Below, one piece after another: positions 1 to 7,055 of a stretch of DNA of 10,237 bases. Each line of letters begins with the position of its first letter. Positions within the stretch are counted from its first letter, which is position 1. The notes beneath the pieces were generated by a model. That model saw only the letters and a list, made by a program, of their open reading frames with translations. It ran no database searches and was not told the origin of the DNA. Source of the DNA: Pseudomonadota bacterium (GTDB lineage: Bacteria > UBA10199 > 2-02-FULL-44-16 > JAAZCA01). Made by a program: the position numbers and the translations under genes. Location: NCBI GenBank assembly GCA_043798915.1, contig JAZDOG010000073.1:1-10237 (forward strand), read 5' to 3'.

Positions 1-69
1 CGACTCAACCAACCGCCAATACCGATGCGCCTTCCCGTCCTTCCGAACCGTCGTGTGTCGCAGATACAT
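1..69 (-). CDS. IS1634-family-like transposase, N-terminal 23 codons (runs off the left edge of the window)
   Basis: Manual translation of the reverse complement from ATG at 69 gives MYLRHTTVRKDGKAHRYWRLVES, open to the edge. This resembles the M(F/Y)LRxxxxxKDGKxHxYWxLVxS N-terminus I recognise from IS1634-family transposases. A promoter-like sequence lies directly upstream. Too short for the supplied ORF track. Confidence 0.8.
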   Translation of the reverse strand, partial: MYLRHTTVRKDGKAHRYWRLVES

Positions 70-74
70 GAACC

Positions 75-104
75 ATTCTATACCAGCGAATCCGATCGCG
101 TGAA
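75..104 (-). promoter_or_regulatory. Putative sigma70-type promoter of the transposase (probably leaderless transcript)
   Basis: Minus strand: TTCACG (104-99), 18-nt spacer, TAGAAT (80-75), then 5 nt (GGTTC) to the ATG at 69. No Shine-Dalgarno in between. Confidence 0.5.
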
Positions 105-238
105 AGGGGGTAGGTTGGCACTACACGCACTTTTTCGATGCTCACCCCAATTATTTCCACTCCAAATCACCCCCAGCTCAAAACAACCCCTCAATAAAAT
201 CCAAAACCAGCCTCATTTCGCGCAAGTTGGGCTAGCGA

Positions 239-706
239 ATGCTCACCTATCTCATCGACGCGTTCAACGTGATCCACAAGATCGGATCGATGATCGATTC
301 ACCGACCGTTCACAACGACCTCGTCGCTTACATAAGAAACAACAGGCTCACGGGGAGCCCAACCAATCAGGTTGTCATAGTGTTCGACGGCTACGAATCG
401 CCATCTGTGATGCCCGAGCACGAATATAATCTCGTCTTCAGCAACAACCAGGATGCGGACGATGTCATAAGATCGAAGGTCATCGCTGCAAAGAACAAGA
501 GCGTCCTAGTCGTGGTGAGCGACGACCACGGGGTTGCGGATTTCGCCGGGGCCGAGGGGGCGAGGGCGATGCATGTTGAAGAATTTCTGCGCAAGCGTCC
601 CGGCCACAGGGCCACAAAAAATCTTCCCGAGGAAAAAGAGCTGGAGGATTCCTCAGTGCGGGCGATAAATAAAGATCTGATGGAGCGGTGGGTAAAGTCA
701 AAATAA
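239..706 (+). CDS. NYN-domain (YacP/Rae1-like, PIN-fold) putative ribonuclease, 155 aa
   Basis: Motifs YLIDAFN (D7), VVIVFDG (D50), DADDVI (D72/D74/D75) and VVVSDD (D95/D96) followed by GA. Their order and spacing fit the NYN_YacP family pattern (IDGYN...VFDG...AD..I...VxSD...GA). Confidence 0.85.
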   Translation: MLTYLIDAFNVIHKIGSMIDSPTVHNDLVAYIRNNRLTGSPTNQVVIVFDGYESPSVMPEHEYNLVFSNNQDADDVIRSKVIAAKNKSVLVVVSDDHGVADFAGAEGARAMHVEEFLRKRPGHRATKNLPEEKELEDSSVRAINKDLMERWVKSK

Positions 707-723
707 TCCAGTGTTCCAGTACC

Positions 724-849
724 TATCCAGCCAGGGAGTTGTCTGTTGCTGGACATAACTTCGGAGGGGGAAACCCCCTCCCCACCCGCCGAACGCCGGC
801 GGGCGGTCCCCTCCCCATGTCCTGTAACAGACAACTCCCAGGCTGGATA
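724..849. repeat. 126-bp palindromic element: 33-bp inverted arms around a 60-nt structured core; MITE-like or structured RNA
   Basis: Left arm 724-756 TATCCAGCCAGGGAGTTGTCTGTTGCTGGACAT, right arm 817-849 ATGTCCTGTAACAGACAACTCCCAGGCTGGATA. 30/33 Watson-Crick pairs, one G.U (748/825), two mismatches (733/840, 750/823). Begins and ends with TA. Core hairpins at 763-781 and 785-803. Confidence 0.9.
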
Positions 850-864
850 TGCCAACATTATATT

Positions 865-877
865 TATCAATAAGTTA
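865..877 (+). promoter_or_regulatory. Putative IHF binding site
   Basis: TATCAATAAGTTA matches the IHF consensus WATCAANNNNTTR exactly and has an A/T tract on its 5' side. A degenerate copy (TCTCAGATACTTA) lies at 887-899. Confidence 0.5.
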
Positions 878-918
878 GCTTATAATTCTCAGATACTTAT
901 TTAATTCAGCTGTTCTTC

Positions 919-974
919 CAAAAATCCCTTCAAAATCCTTGACTTCGAAAAGTTGCTCTGCTAGGTTCCGCCCA
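919..974 (+). promoter_or_regulatory. sigma70-type promoter of the str/S10 superoperon
   Basis: -35 TTGACT (939-944), 17-nt spacer, extended -10 TG-C-TAGGTT (959-967), GC-rich discriminator CCGCCC (968-973), likely +1 at A974. Upstream phased A-tracts CAAAAATCCCTT/CAAAATCCTT (919-940) resemble an UP element. Confidence 0.75.
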
Positions 975-1072
975 CTTTGGCTGTCAGGGCGGTTGGTTCC
1001 GTCTAACACCCTGTAATTTTAGCTGTTTCCGATAGGCCCGCGTCGCCTGATAAATGACGCAAGTGGGGTATT

Positions 1073-1444
1073 ATGCCGACGATCAATCAATTGGTGAGGC
1101 TTGGAAGGCGGCAACTCAAAGTGCACACGGCGTCGCCGGCGCTCATGCGCTGTCCGCAGAGGCGCGGCGTCTGCATTCGCGTCTACACGACGACGCCCAA
1201 GAAGCCGAACTCCGCTTTGCGCAAGGTGGCGCGCGTGAGATTGACGAACGGCCTGGAAGTCACATCATACATCCCGGGCGAGGGGCACAACCTGCAGGAG
1301 CACTCTGTGGTCATGGTGCGCGGCGGCCGCGTGAAGGATATCCCGGGCGTGCGCTACCACATCGTGCGCGGCACGCTCGATTCCACCGGCGTCGAGAACC
1401 GGCGCAAGAGCAGGTCGAAGTACGGAACGAAGAGACCAAAATAA
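1073..1444 (+). CDS. rpsL: 30S ribosomal protein S12 (uS12)
   Basis: [20 protein letters not shown] and [14 protein letters not shown] signature motifs; 123 aa. Confidence 0.99.
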   Translation: MPTINQLVRLGRRQLKVHTASPALMRCPQRRGVCIRVYTTTPKKPNSALRKVARVRLTNGLEVTSYIPGEGHNLQEHSVVMVRGGRVKDIPGVRYHIVRGTLDSTGVENRRKSRSKYGTKRPK

Positions 1445-1456
1445 ACGAGGTCCGAG

Positions 1457-1930
1457 ATGCCGAGAAAAAAGAGAGCCAGTTTGAAGCGCGAGATAGCAGC
1501 GGATCCAAAGTTCGGCGATTTGCTCGTGGCCAAGTTCGTGAACACGCTCCTCTGGAGCGGCAAGAAATCGATCGCCGAGCACATCGTCTACGGCGCGTTT
1601 GAGGTTCTTCAGGAGAAGAAGAACGACGATCCGGTGAAGCTCTTCAAGCAGGCGCTGGAGAATATAAAGCCCGTGGTCGAGGTGAGGAGCCGCAGAGTTG
1701 GCGGCGCCACCTATCAGGTGCCGCAGGAAGTTCGAAACGATCGCAGGGTTTCGCTGGGACTGAGGTGGTTGATCGGTGCTGCGCGCGCCCGCCGCGAGCA
1801 CACGATGAAGGATCGCATCGCGGCAGAGCTTCTGGAAGCCATCGACAGCAAGGGCGCTGCGGTCAAGAAGCGCGAGGACACGCACAAGATGGCCGATGCC
1901 AACAAGGCATTCGCCCATTATCGCTGGTAG
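1457..1930 (+). CDS. rpsG: 30S ribosomal protein S7 (uS7)
   Basis: [15 protein letters not shown] and [15 protein letters not shown] motifs; SD GAGGT at 1447-1451. Confidence 0.99.
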   Translation: MPRKKRASLKREIAADPKFGDLLVAKFVNTLLWSGKKSIAEHIVYGAFEVLQEKKNDDPVKLFKQALENIKPVVEVRSRRVGGATYQVPQEVRNDRRVSLGLRWLIGAARARREHTMKDRIAAELLEAIDSKGAAVKKREDTHKMADANKAFAHYRW

Positions 1931-2008
1931 GACATGAGTCAGGCGCTCTTTGATATCATGGGTATCAGATTTATTATATGAGAACGAGTGAGCAGAGAGA
2001 GGAAGTTT

Positions 2009-4099
2009 ATGGCAGGACGTCCGACAGATCTGAATGATGTGCGCAACATCGGGATCATCGCCCATATCGACGCGGGCAAGACGACGGTCACCGAGCGCAT
2101 CCTTTTCTATACGGGGATCACCTACAAGATCGGCGAGGTCCACGAAGGGACCGCGGTGATGGACTGGATGGAACAGGAGCAGGAGCGCGGCATCACGATC
2201 ACGGCGGCGGCGACCACCTGCGAATGGGCGGGCCACCGGATCAACATCATCGACACGCCCGGCCATGTGGATTTCACCGTCGAGGTGGAGCGCTCGCTTC
2301 GGGTGCTCGACGGAGCGGTCGGCGTCTTCGACGGAGTCGCCGGCGTGGAGCCGCAGTCGGAGACGGTATGGCGCCAGGCCAACCGCTATGGCGTCCCGAA
2401 GCTCGCGTTCGTCAACAAGATGGACCGCACCGGCGCCGATTTTTTCCGCTGCGTGCGGATGATGCGCGACAGGCTCGGAGCAAACGCGATCCCTTTCCAG
2501 ATTCCCCTCGGGGCCGAAGATAAGTTCACAGGCCTCGTGGACATCATCAGCCGGAAGGCGGTCATCTTCGACGAAGGGAGCAAGGGGGCGGTCTTCAACG
2601 AAGCCCCGATCCCCGCCGATCTGCTTCCTGTGGTGAACGAATACCGCGAGAAGCTCATCGAGGCAGTCGCAGATGTCGACGAAGAACTCCTCCACAAATA
2701 CCTTCAGAGCCACGAGCTCACCGAAGAAGAGATAATCAGGGGAGCCCGCAAGGGCACGGTGGAGATGAAGATCGTGCCTGTGCTCTGCGGCGCCGCTTTC
2801 AAGAACAAGGGCGTCCAACAGCTCCTCGACGCCGTCATTGCCTATCTGCCCTCGCCGATGGATGTGAAGCCGGTCGAAGGCATCGACACGAATACGGCGG
2901 ATGAAAAAATCATCGTGCGAAAGCCGTCGGTCAAGGAGCCTTTCGCGGCGCTGGCGTTCAAAATCATGACTGATCCTTACGTCGGCCAGCTCACCTTCTT
3001 CAGGGTATATTCCGGCGCGCTTGAAAGCGGCTCGTCGGTCTACAACTCCACTCATGAAAAGCGCGAGCGCATCGGGCGACTCCTCAGGATGCACGCCAAT
3101 AAGCGCGAGGAAGTGAAGCGGGTGGAGGCAGGGGAGATCGCCGCGGCGGTGGGGCTCAAGTTCACGTCGACCGGCGACACGCTCTGCGACGAGACCCATC
3201 CGATTCTGCTCGAGAAGATGGAGTTTCCGGATCCCGTCATATCGATCGCGGTGGAACCGAAGACCCGCGCCGATGAGGAGAAGCTGGGCATCGCGCTTCA
3301 GAAGCTCGCCAACGAGGATCCCACGTTCCGCGTCCACGTCGATGGGGAGACGGGCCAGACGATCATATCCGGCATGGGTGAACTTCACCTCGAGATTATC
3401 GTCGACAGGATGATGCGCGAGTTCGGGGTCGAGGCCAACGTGGGCCGGCCGCAGGTTGCGTATCGCGAATCCATCACCAAAAAAGTCGAGGTCGAGACCA
3501 AATATATCAAGCAGTCAGGCGGCCGCGGCCAGTACGCTCACGTCTGGCTCACAGTCGAACCGCAGGAGAAGGGCAAGGGGTTCGAGTTCGAGGACAAGGT
3601 TGTCGGCGGCTCAGTCCCGAGGGAATATATACCCGCGGTCAGGAAGGGCGTCATTGAGGCGATGGAGGGCGGGGTGCTCGCAGGTTATCCGCTCGTGGAT
3701 ATGAAGGTAGCCCTCATCGACGGTTCATACCACGAGGTCGACTCGTCGGACATGGCCTTCAAGATCTGCGGCTCGATGGCCCTCAAGGATGCGTCGAAGA
3801 AGGCCGGACCGATTCTGCTAGAGCCGGTGATGGCCGTGGAAGTGGTTGTCCCCGAGGAGCATGTAGGCCCCGTCACGGGCGACCTCACGGCACGGCGCGG
3901 CCACATACTGAAGAGTGAAGTCCATGCTGGCTCGCAGATACTCGGAGCCAGCGTGCCGCTGGCGAATATGTTCGGCTATTCCACGGATCTGCGCAGCGCA
4001 ACCCAGGGGCGCGCGACATACACGATGCAGTTTTCGCATTACGAGCCGGTGCCGAAGAATATCGCTGAGGAAATCGTGGCAAAGGCTCAAGGGCGTTGA
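2009..4099 (+). CDS. fusA: Elongation factor G
   Basis: [33 protein letters not shown] and GMGELHL motifs. ATG 2009 (SD-like GAGAGGA ending at 2003, homolog-like N-terminus) is preferred over the GTG at 1988 in the ORF track. Confidence 0.99.
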   Translation: MAGRPTDLNDVRNIGIIAHIDAGKTTVTERILFYTGITYKIGEVHEGTAVMDWMEQEQERGITITAAATTCEWAGHRINIIDTPGHVDFTVEVERSLRVLDGAVGVFDGVAGVEPQSETVWRQANRYGVPKLAFVNKMDRTGADFFRCVRMMRDRLGANAIPFQIPLGAEDKFTGLVDIISRKAVIFDEGSKGAVFNEAPIPADLLPVVNEYREKLIEAVADVDEELLHKYLQSHELTEEEIIRGARKGTVEMKIVPVLCGAAFKNKGVQQLLDAVIAYLPSPMDVKPVEGIDTNTADEKIIVRKPSVKEPFAALAFKIMTDPYVGQLTFFRVYSGALESGSSVYNSTHEKRERIGRLLRMHANKREEVKRVEAGEIAAAVGLKFTSTGDTLCDETHPILLEKMEFPDPVISIAVEPKTRADEEKLGIALQKLANEDPTFRVHVDGETGQTIISGMGELHLEIIVDRMMREFGVEANVGRPQVAYRESITKKVEVETKYIKQSGGRGQYAHVWLTVEPQEKGKGFEFEDKVVGGSVPREYIPAVRKGVIEAMEGGVLAGYPLVDMKVALIDGSYHEVDSSDMAFKICGSMALKDASKKAGPILLEPVMAVEVVVPEEHVGPVTGDLTARRGHILKSEVHAGSQILGASVPLANMFGYSTDLRSATQGRATYTMQFSHYEPVPKNIAEEIVAKAQGR

Positions 4100-4153
4100 A
4101 GACATTGAGAAGCGGGAAGTGAAAACTTAAAGAGCAGAAAGTGAGCAATGGCA

Positions 4154-5344
4154 ATGTCGAAGGGAAAATTTGAACGGACAAAGCCGCACGTGAACGTGGG
4201 CACTATCGGGCATGTGGACCACGGCAAGACCACGCTCACGAGCGCGATAACAAAATATCTGGCGGAGAAGGGCCTTGCGGAACACATGGCCTTCGACCAG
4301 ATCGACAAGGCGCCGGAAGAGCGGGAGCGCGGGATCACGATCGCGACGGCTCATGTGGAGTACCAGACGGATAAGCGACATTACGCCCATGTGGATTGTC
4401 CAGGCCACGCCGACTATGTGAAGAACATGATCACCGGCGCGGCGCAGATGGACGGCGCGATTCTCGTGGTCTCCGCAGCAGATGGCCCGATGCCGCAGAC
4501 GAGGGAACACATACTTCTGGCAAGGCAGGTGGGCGTTCCGAAGATTGTGGTTTATTTGAACAAGGTTGACATGGTCGACGATCCAGAGCTGCTGGATCTG
4601 GTGGAACTGGAAATTAGAGAGCTGCTCTCCCGTTACGAGTTTCCCGGCGACGAGATACCGGTCATACGCGGTTCGGCGCTGAAGGCGATGGAGGGCGACA
4701 AGGGTGCTCTGGGTTATGAATCGCTGCAGAAGCTGCTCGATGCGATCGACTCATACATACCCGAGCCCAGACGGCCCATCGACAAGCCGTTTCTGATGCC
4801 TGTCGAGGACGTCTTCAGCATCTCCGGGCGCGGCACGGTCGTGACGGGGCGCGTGGAGCGCGGGATCATCAAGGTGGGGCAGGAGATCGAGATCATCGGG
4901 CTGCGCGACACGCAGAGGACGGTGGTGACCGGCGTCGAGATGTTCCGGAAGATTCTGGACGAGGGCCGGGCAGGTGACAACGTGGGTTTGCTTCTGCGCG
5001 GCACGAAGCGCGAGGATGTGGAGCGAGGGCAGGTTGTGGCGCTCCCGGGGTCGATCACCCCGCACAAGAAGTTCAAAGCTGAGGTTTACGTGCTGACGAA
5101 GGAGGAGGGCGGCCGGCACACGCCGTTCTTCAAAGGGTATCGTCCGCAGTTTTATTTCAGGACGACGGACGTGACGGGCGTTATGATGCTCCCCGAGAAT
5201 GTCGAGATGGTGATGCCGGGAGACAACGTGACGGTTGAGGTCGAGCTGATAACGCCGATCGCGATGGAGAAGGAACTTCGGTTTGCGGTTCGGGAGGGCG
5301 GCAGGACAGTCGGCGCAGGAGTGGTGGCTGAGGTCATAGAATAA
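4154..5344 (+). CDS. tuf: Elongation factor Tu
   Basis: [34 protein letters not shown] and [10 protein letters not shown] motifs. Start is ATG 4154 (MSKGKF, 396 aa, homolog-like) or ATG 4148. Confidence 0.99.
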   Translation: MSKGKFERTKPHVNVGTIGHVDHGKTTLTSAITKYLAEKGLAEHMAFDQIDKAPEERERGITIATAHVEYQTDKRHYAHVDCPGHADYVKNMITGAAQMDGAILVVSAADGPMPQTREHILLARQVGVPKIVVYLNKVDMVDDPELLDLVELEIRELLSRYEFPGDEIPVIRGSALKAMEGDKGALGYESLQKLLDAIDSYIPEPRRPIDKPFLMPVEDVFSISGRGTVVTGRVERGIIKVGQEIEIIGLRDTQRTVVTGVEMFRKILDEGRAGDNVGLLLRGTKREDVERGQVVALPGSITPHKKFKAEVYVLTKEEGGRHTPFFKGYRPQFYFRTTDVTGVMMLPENVEMVMPGDNVTVEVELITPIAMEKELRFAVREGGRTVGAGVVAEVIE

Positions 5345-5365
5345 TTGATAACAGCGAGGTAAAGC

Positions 5366-5692
5366 ATGGCGACGCAATACGACAAAGGGCAGAAGATAAG
5401 GATCAGGCTCAAGGCTTACGACCACAAGCTGCTCGATCAGTCGACCTCTGAGATCGTCGGCACGGTCCAGCGCACCGGGGCGCATCTGGCGGGCCCGATT
5501 CCGCTGCCCACGAAGATCGAGAAGTATTGCGTCCTCAGGAGCCCACATGTGGACAAGCGCTCCCAGGAGCAGTTCGAGATCAGGACGCACAAGAGGCTCA
5601 TCGACATACTGGAGCCGACGCAGCAGACGATCGATGCTCTGATGAAGCTGGAGCTGTCCGCTGGCGTCGATGTTGAAATCAAGATGGTGTGA
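5366..5692 (+). CDS. rpsJ: 30S ribosomal protein S10 (uS10/NusE)
   Basis: [25 protein letters not shown] and [14 protein letters not shown] motifs; SD GAGGT at 5356-5360. Confidence 0.99.
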   Translation: MATQYDKGQKIRIRLKAYDHKLLDQSTSEIVGTVQRTGAHLAGPIPLPTKIEKYCVLRSPHVDKRSQEQFEIRTHKRLIDILEPTQQTIDALMKLELSAGVDVEIKMV

Positions 5693-5720
5693 CATCAGTC
5701 ACGCAAGACGAGAGGATTTT

Positions 5721-6410
5721 ATGCTCGGATTAATGGGAAAAAAGCTGGGGATGACGCAGGTCTTCACGGGCGAGGGTGATATCGTTCCGGTGACGGCTGT
5801 TGAGGTTGGCCCCTGCACGGTGGTGCAGAAGAAGACCTCCGAGACGGACGGCTACAATGCCCTGCAGCTGGGCTTCGGAATCACGCGTCCGGGCCGCATG
5901 AACAAGGCGCGCCGCGGCCACCTTGAGAAGAAGGGGCTTCCCCTCTTCACGCATCTCAAGGAGTTCCGCACGGAGTTCGTGGCGAATTTCGAGGTCGGGC
6001 AGGAACTCTCTGTCGCCGGCTTCAAGCCCGGCGATACGGTGCACGTGAGCGGCGTCTCGAAGGGGCGCGGCTTCCAGGGCGTGATCAAGCGCCACGGCAA
6101 GCACGGCGGCCCAGGCTCGCACGGCTCCGACTTCCATCGCCGTCCGGGTTCGATAGGCATGCGCACATGGCCGGGCCACGTCCTCAAGAACATGAAGCTG
6201 CCGGGGCACATGGGCGATGTGGCCGTCACGACGAAGAACCTCGAAGTCGTCGCGGTCCGCACGGATGACAACGTTTTGCTGATCAAAGGGGCGATCCCCG
6301 GCTGCAACAGCGGGATGGTCGTCGTGATGCCGGCAGAGAAGGATTTTGAAACGCGCCCGGAGTTGAAGAGCGGTGGCGCTGCAAAAAAGGAAGAACAGCC
6401 GACCGCCTGA
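5721..6410 (+). CDS. rplC: 50S ribosomal protein L3 (uL3)
   Basis: GKKLGMTQVF, DGYNALQLG, SKGRGFQGVIKRH and PGHMG motifs. Start reassigned to ATG 5721 (SD GAGGA upstream) from the TTG at 5670; 229 aa. Confidence 0.98.
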   Translation: MLGLMGKKLGMTQVFTGEGDIVPVTAVEVGPCTVVQKKTSETDGYNALQLGFGITRPGRMNKARRGHLEKKGLPLFTHLKEFRTEFVANFEVGQELSVAGFKPGDTVHVSGVSKGRGFQGVIKRHGKHGGPGSHGSDFHRRPGSIGMRTWPGHVLKNMKLPGHMGDVAVTTKNLEVVAVRTDDNVLLIKGAIPGCNSGMVVVMPAEKDFETRPELKSGGAAKKEEQPTA

Positions 6411-6434
6411 TGTTTTGATGACAAGGAGTCCGCC

Positions 6435-7055
6435 GTGAAAGAGACGATATTGAATATAGCCAGGAAGCAAGTGGGAGAGGTCGAACTCTCCGACGGGATA
6501 TTCGGCATGAAGGCGGGGAGCGCGCTCATCTATGAGGCCGTGAAGATGCAGCGTGCGTGCGCCCGCTCCGGTACCGCTGCCACGCGCAACCACAAGATGG
6601 TCTCAGGCACGAGCGCCAAGATGTACCGCCAGAAGGGCACCGGCAGGGCGCGCCATGGCGATGCGAGGACAAATATATTCGTCGGCGGAGGCAAGGCCTT
6701 CGGTCCCCATCCGCGCGACTACAGCTACAGGCTTCCGAAGAAGGCGCGCAAGGGCGCGCTCCGGGCGGCCCTCTCGCTCAAGAAGCAGGAGGGAAAGCTC
6801 CTGATCCTGGATGAATTTCCAGGCACCAGGATCAAGACCAAGGATGCCGTCAGCGCGCTTTCCAGGCTGGGCGTCAAGAGCGGCCTGATCGTCGCCCTGG
6901 ACCCGAGCGAGGCGCTCGTGAAATCAGTGAGAAATATCCCGGGCATCAAGCTCCTCTGCTGCGAGGGATTGAATGTCTATGACCTTGTGAGCCATGAGCA
7001 CGCCGTGATCACGGTGCCCGCGCTCGCGAAGGTTGAGGAGGTGCTCGGAGCATGA
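6435..7055 (+). CDS. rplD: 50S ribosomal protein L4 (uL4)
   Basis: RQKGTGRARHG, GGGKAFGPHPRDY and LNVYDL motifs; GTG start with SD AAGGAG at 6423-6428. Confidence 0.98.
   Translation: MKETILNIARKQVGEVELSDGIFGMKAGSALIYEAVKMQRACARSGTAATRNHKMVSGTSAKMYRQKGTGRARHGDARTNIFVGGGKAFGPHPRDYSYRLPKKARKGALRAALSLKKQEGKLLILDEFPGTRIKTKDAVSALSRLGVKSGLIVALDPSEALVKSVRNIPGIKLLCCEGLNVYDLVSHEHAVITVPALAKVEEVLGA

Larger units (their letters stand above)
1..231 (-). mobile_element. Left end of an IS1634-like insertion sequence (partial)
   Basis: Transposase start at 69 plus ~160 bp of non-coding upstream DNA. It contains GTGTAGTGCCAAC (minus strand, 126-114), similar to a subterminal motif I recall from this family. 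It ends in ...GCGCAAGTTGGG (231) followed by CTAG (232-235). The terminus is inferred because the partner inverted repeat is outside the window. Confidence 0.6.

Noticed and set aside
25..429. 134-aa plus-strand ORF
   Set aside because: Overlaps the transposase start, the IS end and the NYN gene out of frame; no recognisable protein features.
707..730. TCCAG occurring three times (707, 715, 726)
   Set aside because: Only 5-6 bp and irregularly spaced; could be insertion scars but cannot be distinguished from chance.
724..849. Retron msr/msd, CRISPR repeat, tRNA or intrinsic terminator interpretation of the palindromic element
   Set aside because: No reverse transcriptase or cas gene in the window, no direct-repeat/spacer array, no tRNA D/T-loop motifs and no U-tract after the stem.
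391..873. ORFs 391-870 (-) and 688-873 (+), which share the peptides NRQLPGWI and YPAxELSVxGH
   Set aside because: The shared peptides simply result from translating the two arms of the inverted repeat; there is no independent evidence of coding.
881..886. Perfect TATAAT as a second upstream promoter
   Set aside because: No acceptable -35 at 16-18 nt and no TG extension; it sits in AT-rich DNA where such hexamers arise by chance. Not excluded, but unsupported.
1054..1602. 182-aa alternative-frame ORF over rpsL/rpsG, and extended starts for fusA, rplC, rpsS, rplV and rplP in the ORF track
   Set aside because: Out-of-frame overlap with conserved genes. For the extended starts, downstream ATGs have better SD spacing and match homolog N-termini.
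1265..3388. 707-aa minus-strand ORF, and the other long antisense ORFs (4751-5695, 5730-6593, 6977-8038, 8671-9582)
   Set aside because: They lie antisense to highly conserved GC-rich genes, show no recognisable motifs, and are the expected shadow ORFs of high-GC3 codon usage.
6090..6200. uL3 loop variants (RHGKHGG, GSIGMRTWPG) as antibiotic-resistance changes
   Set aside because: This loop varies naturally between phyla, so no resistance claim can be made from sequence alone. The uL4 QKGTG motif and uS12 K43/K88 are wild type.
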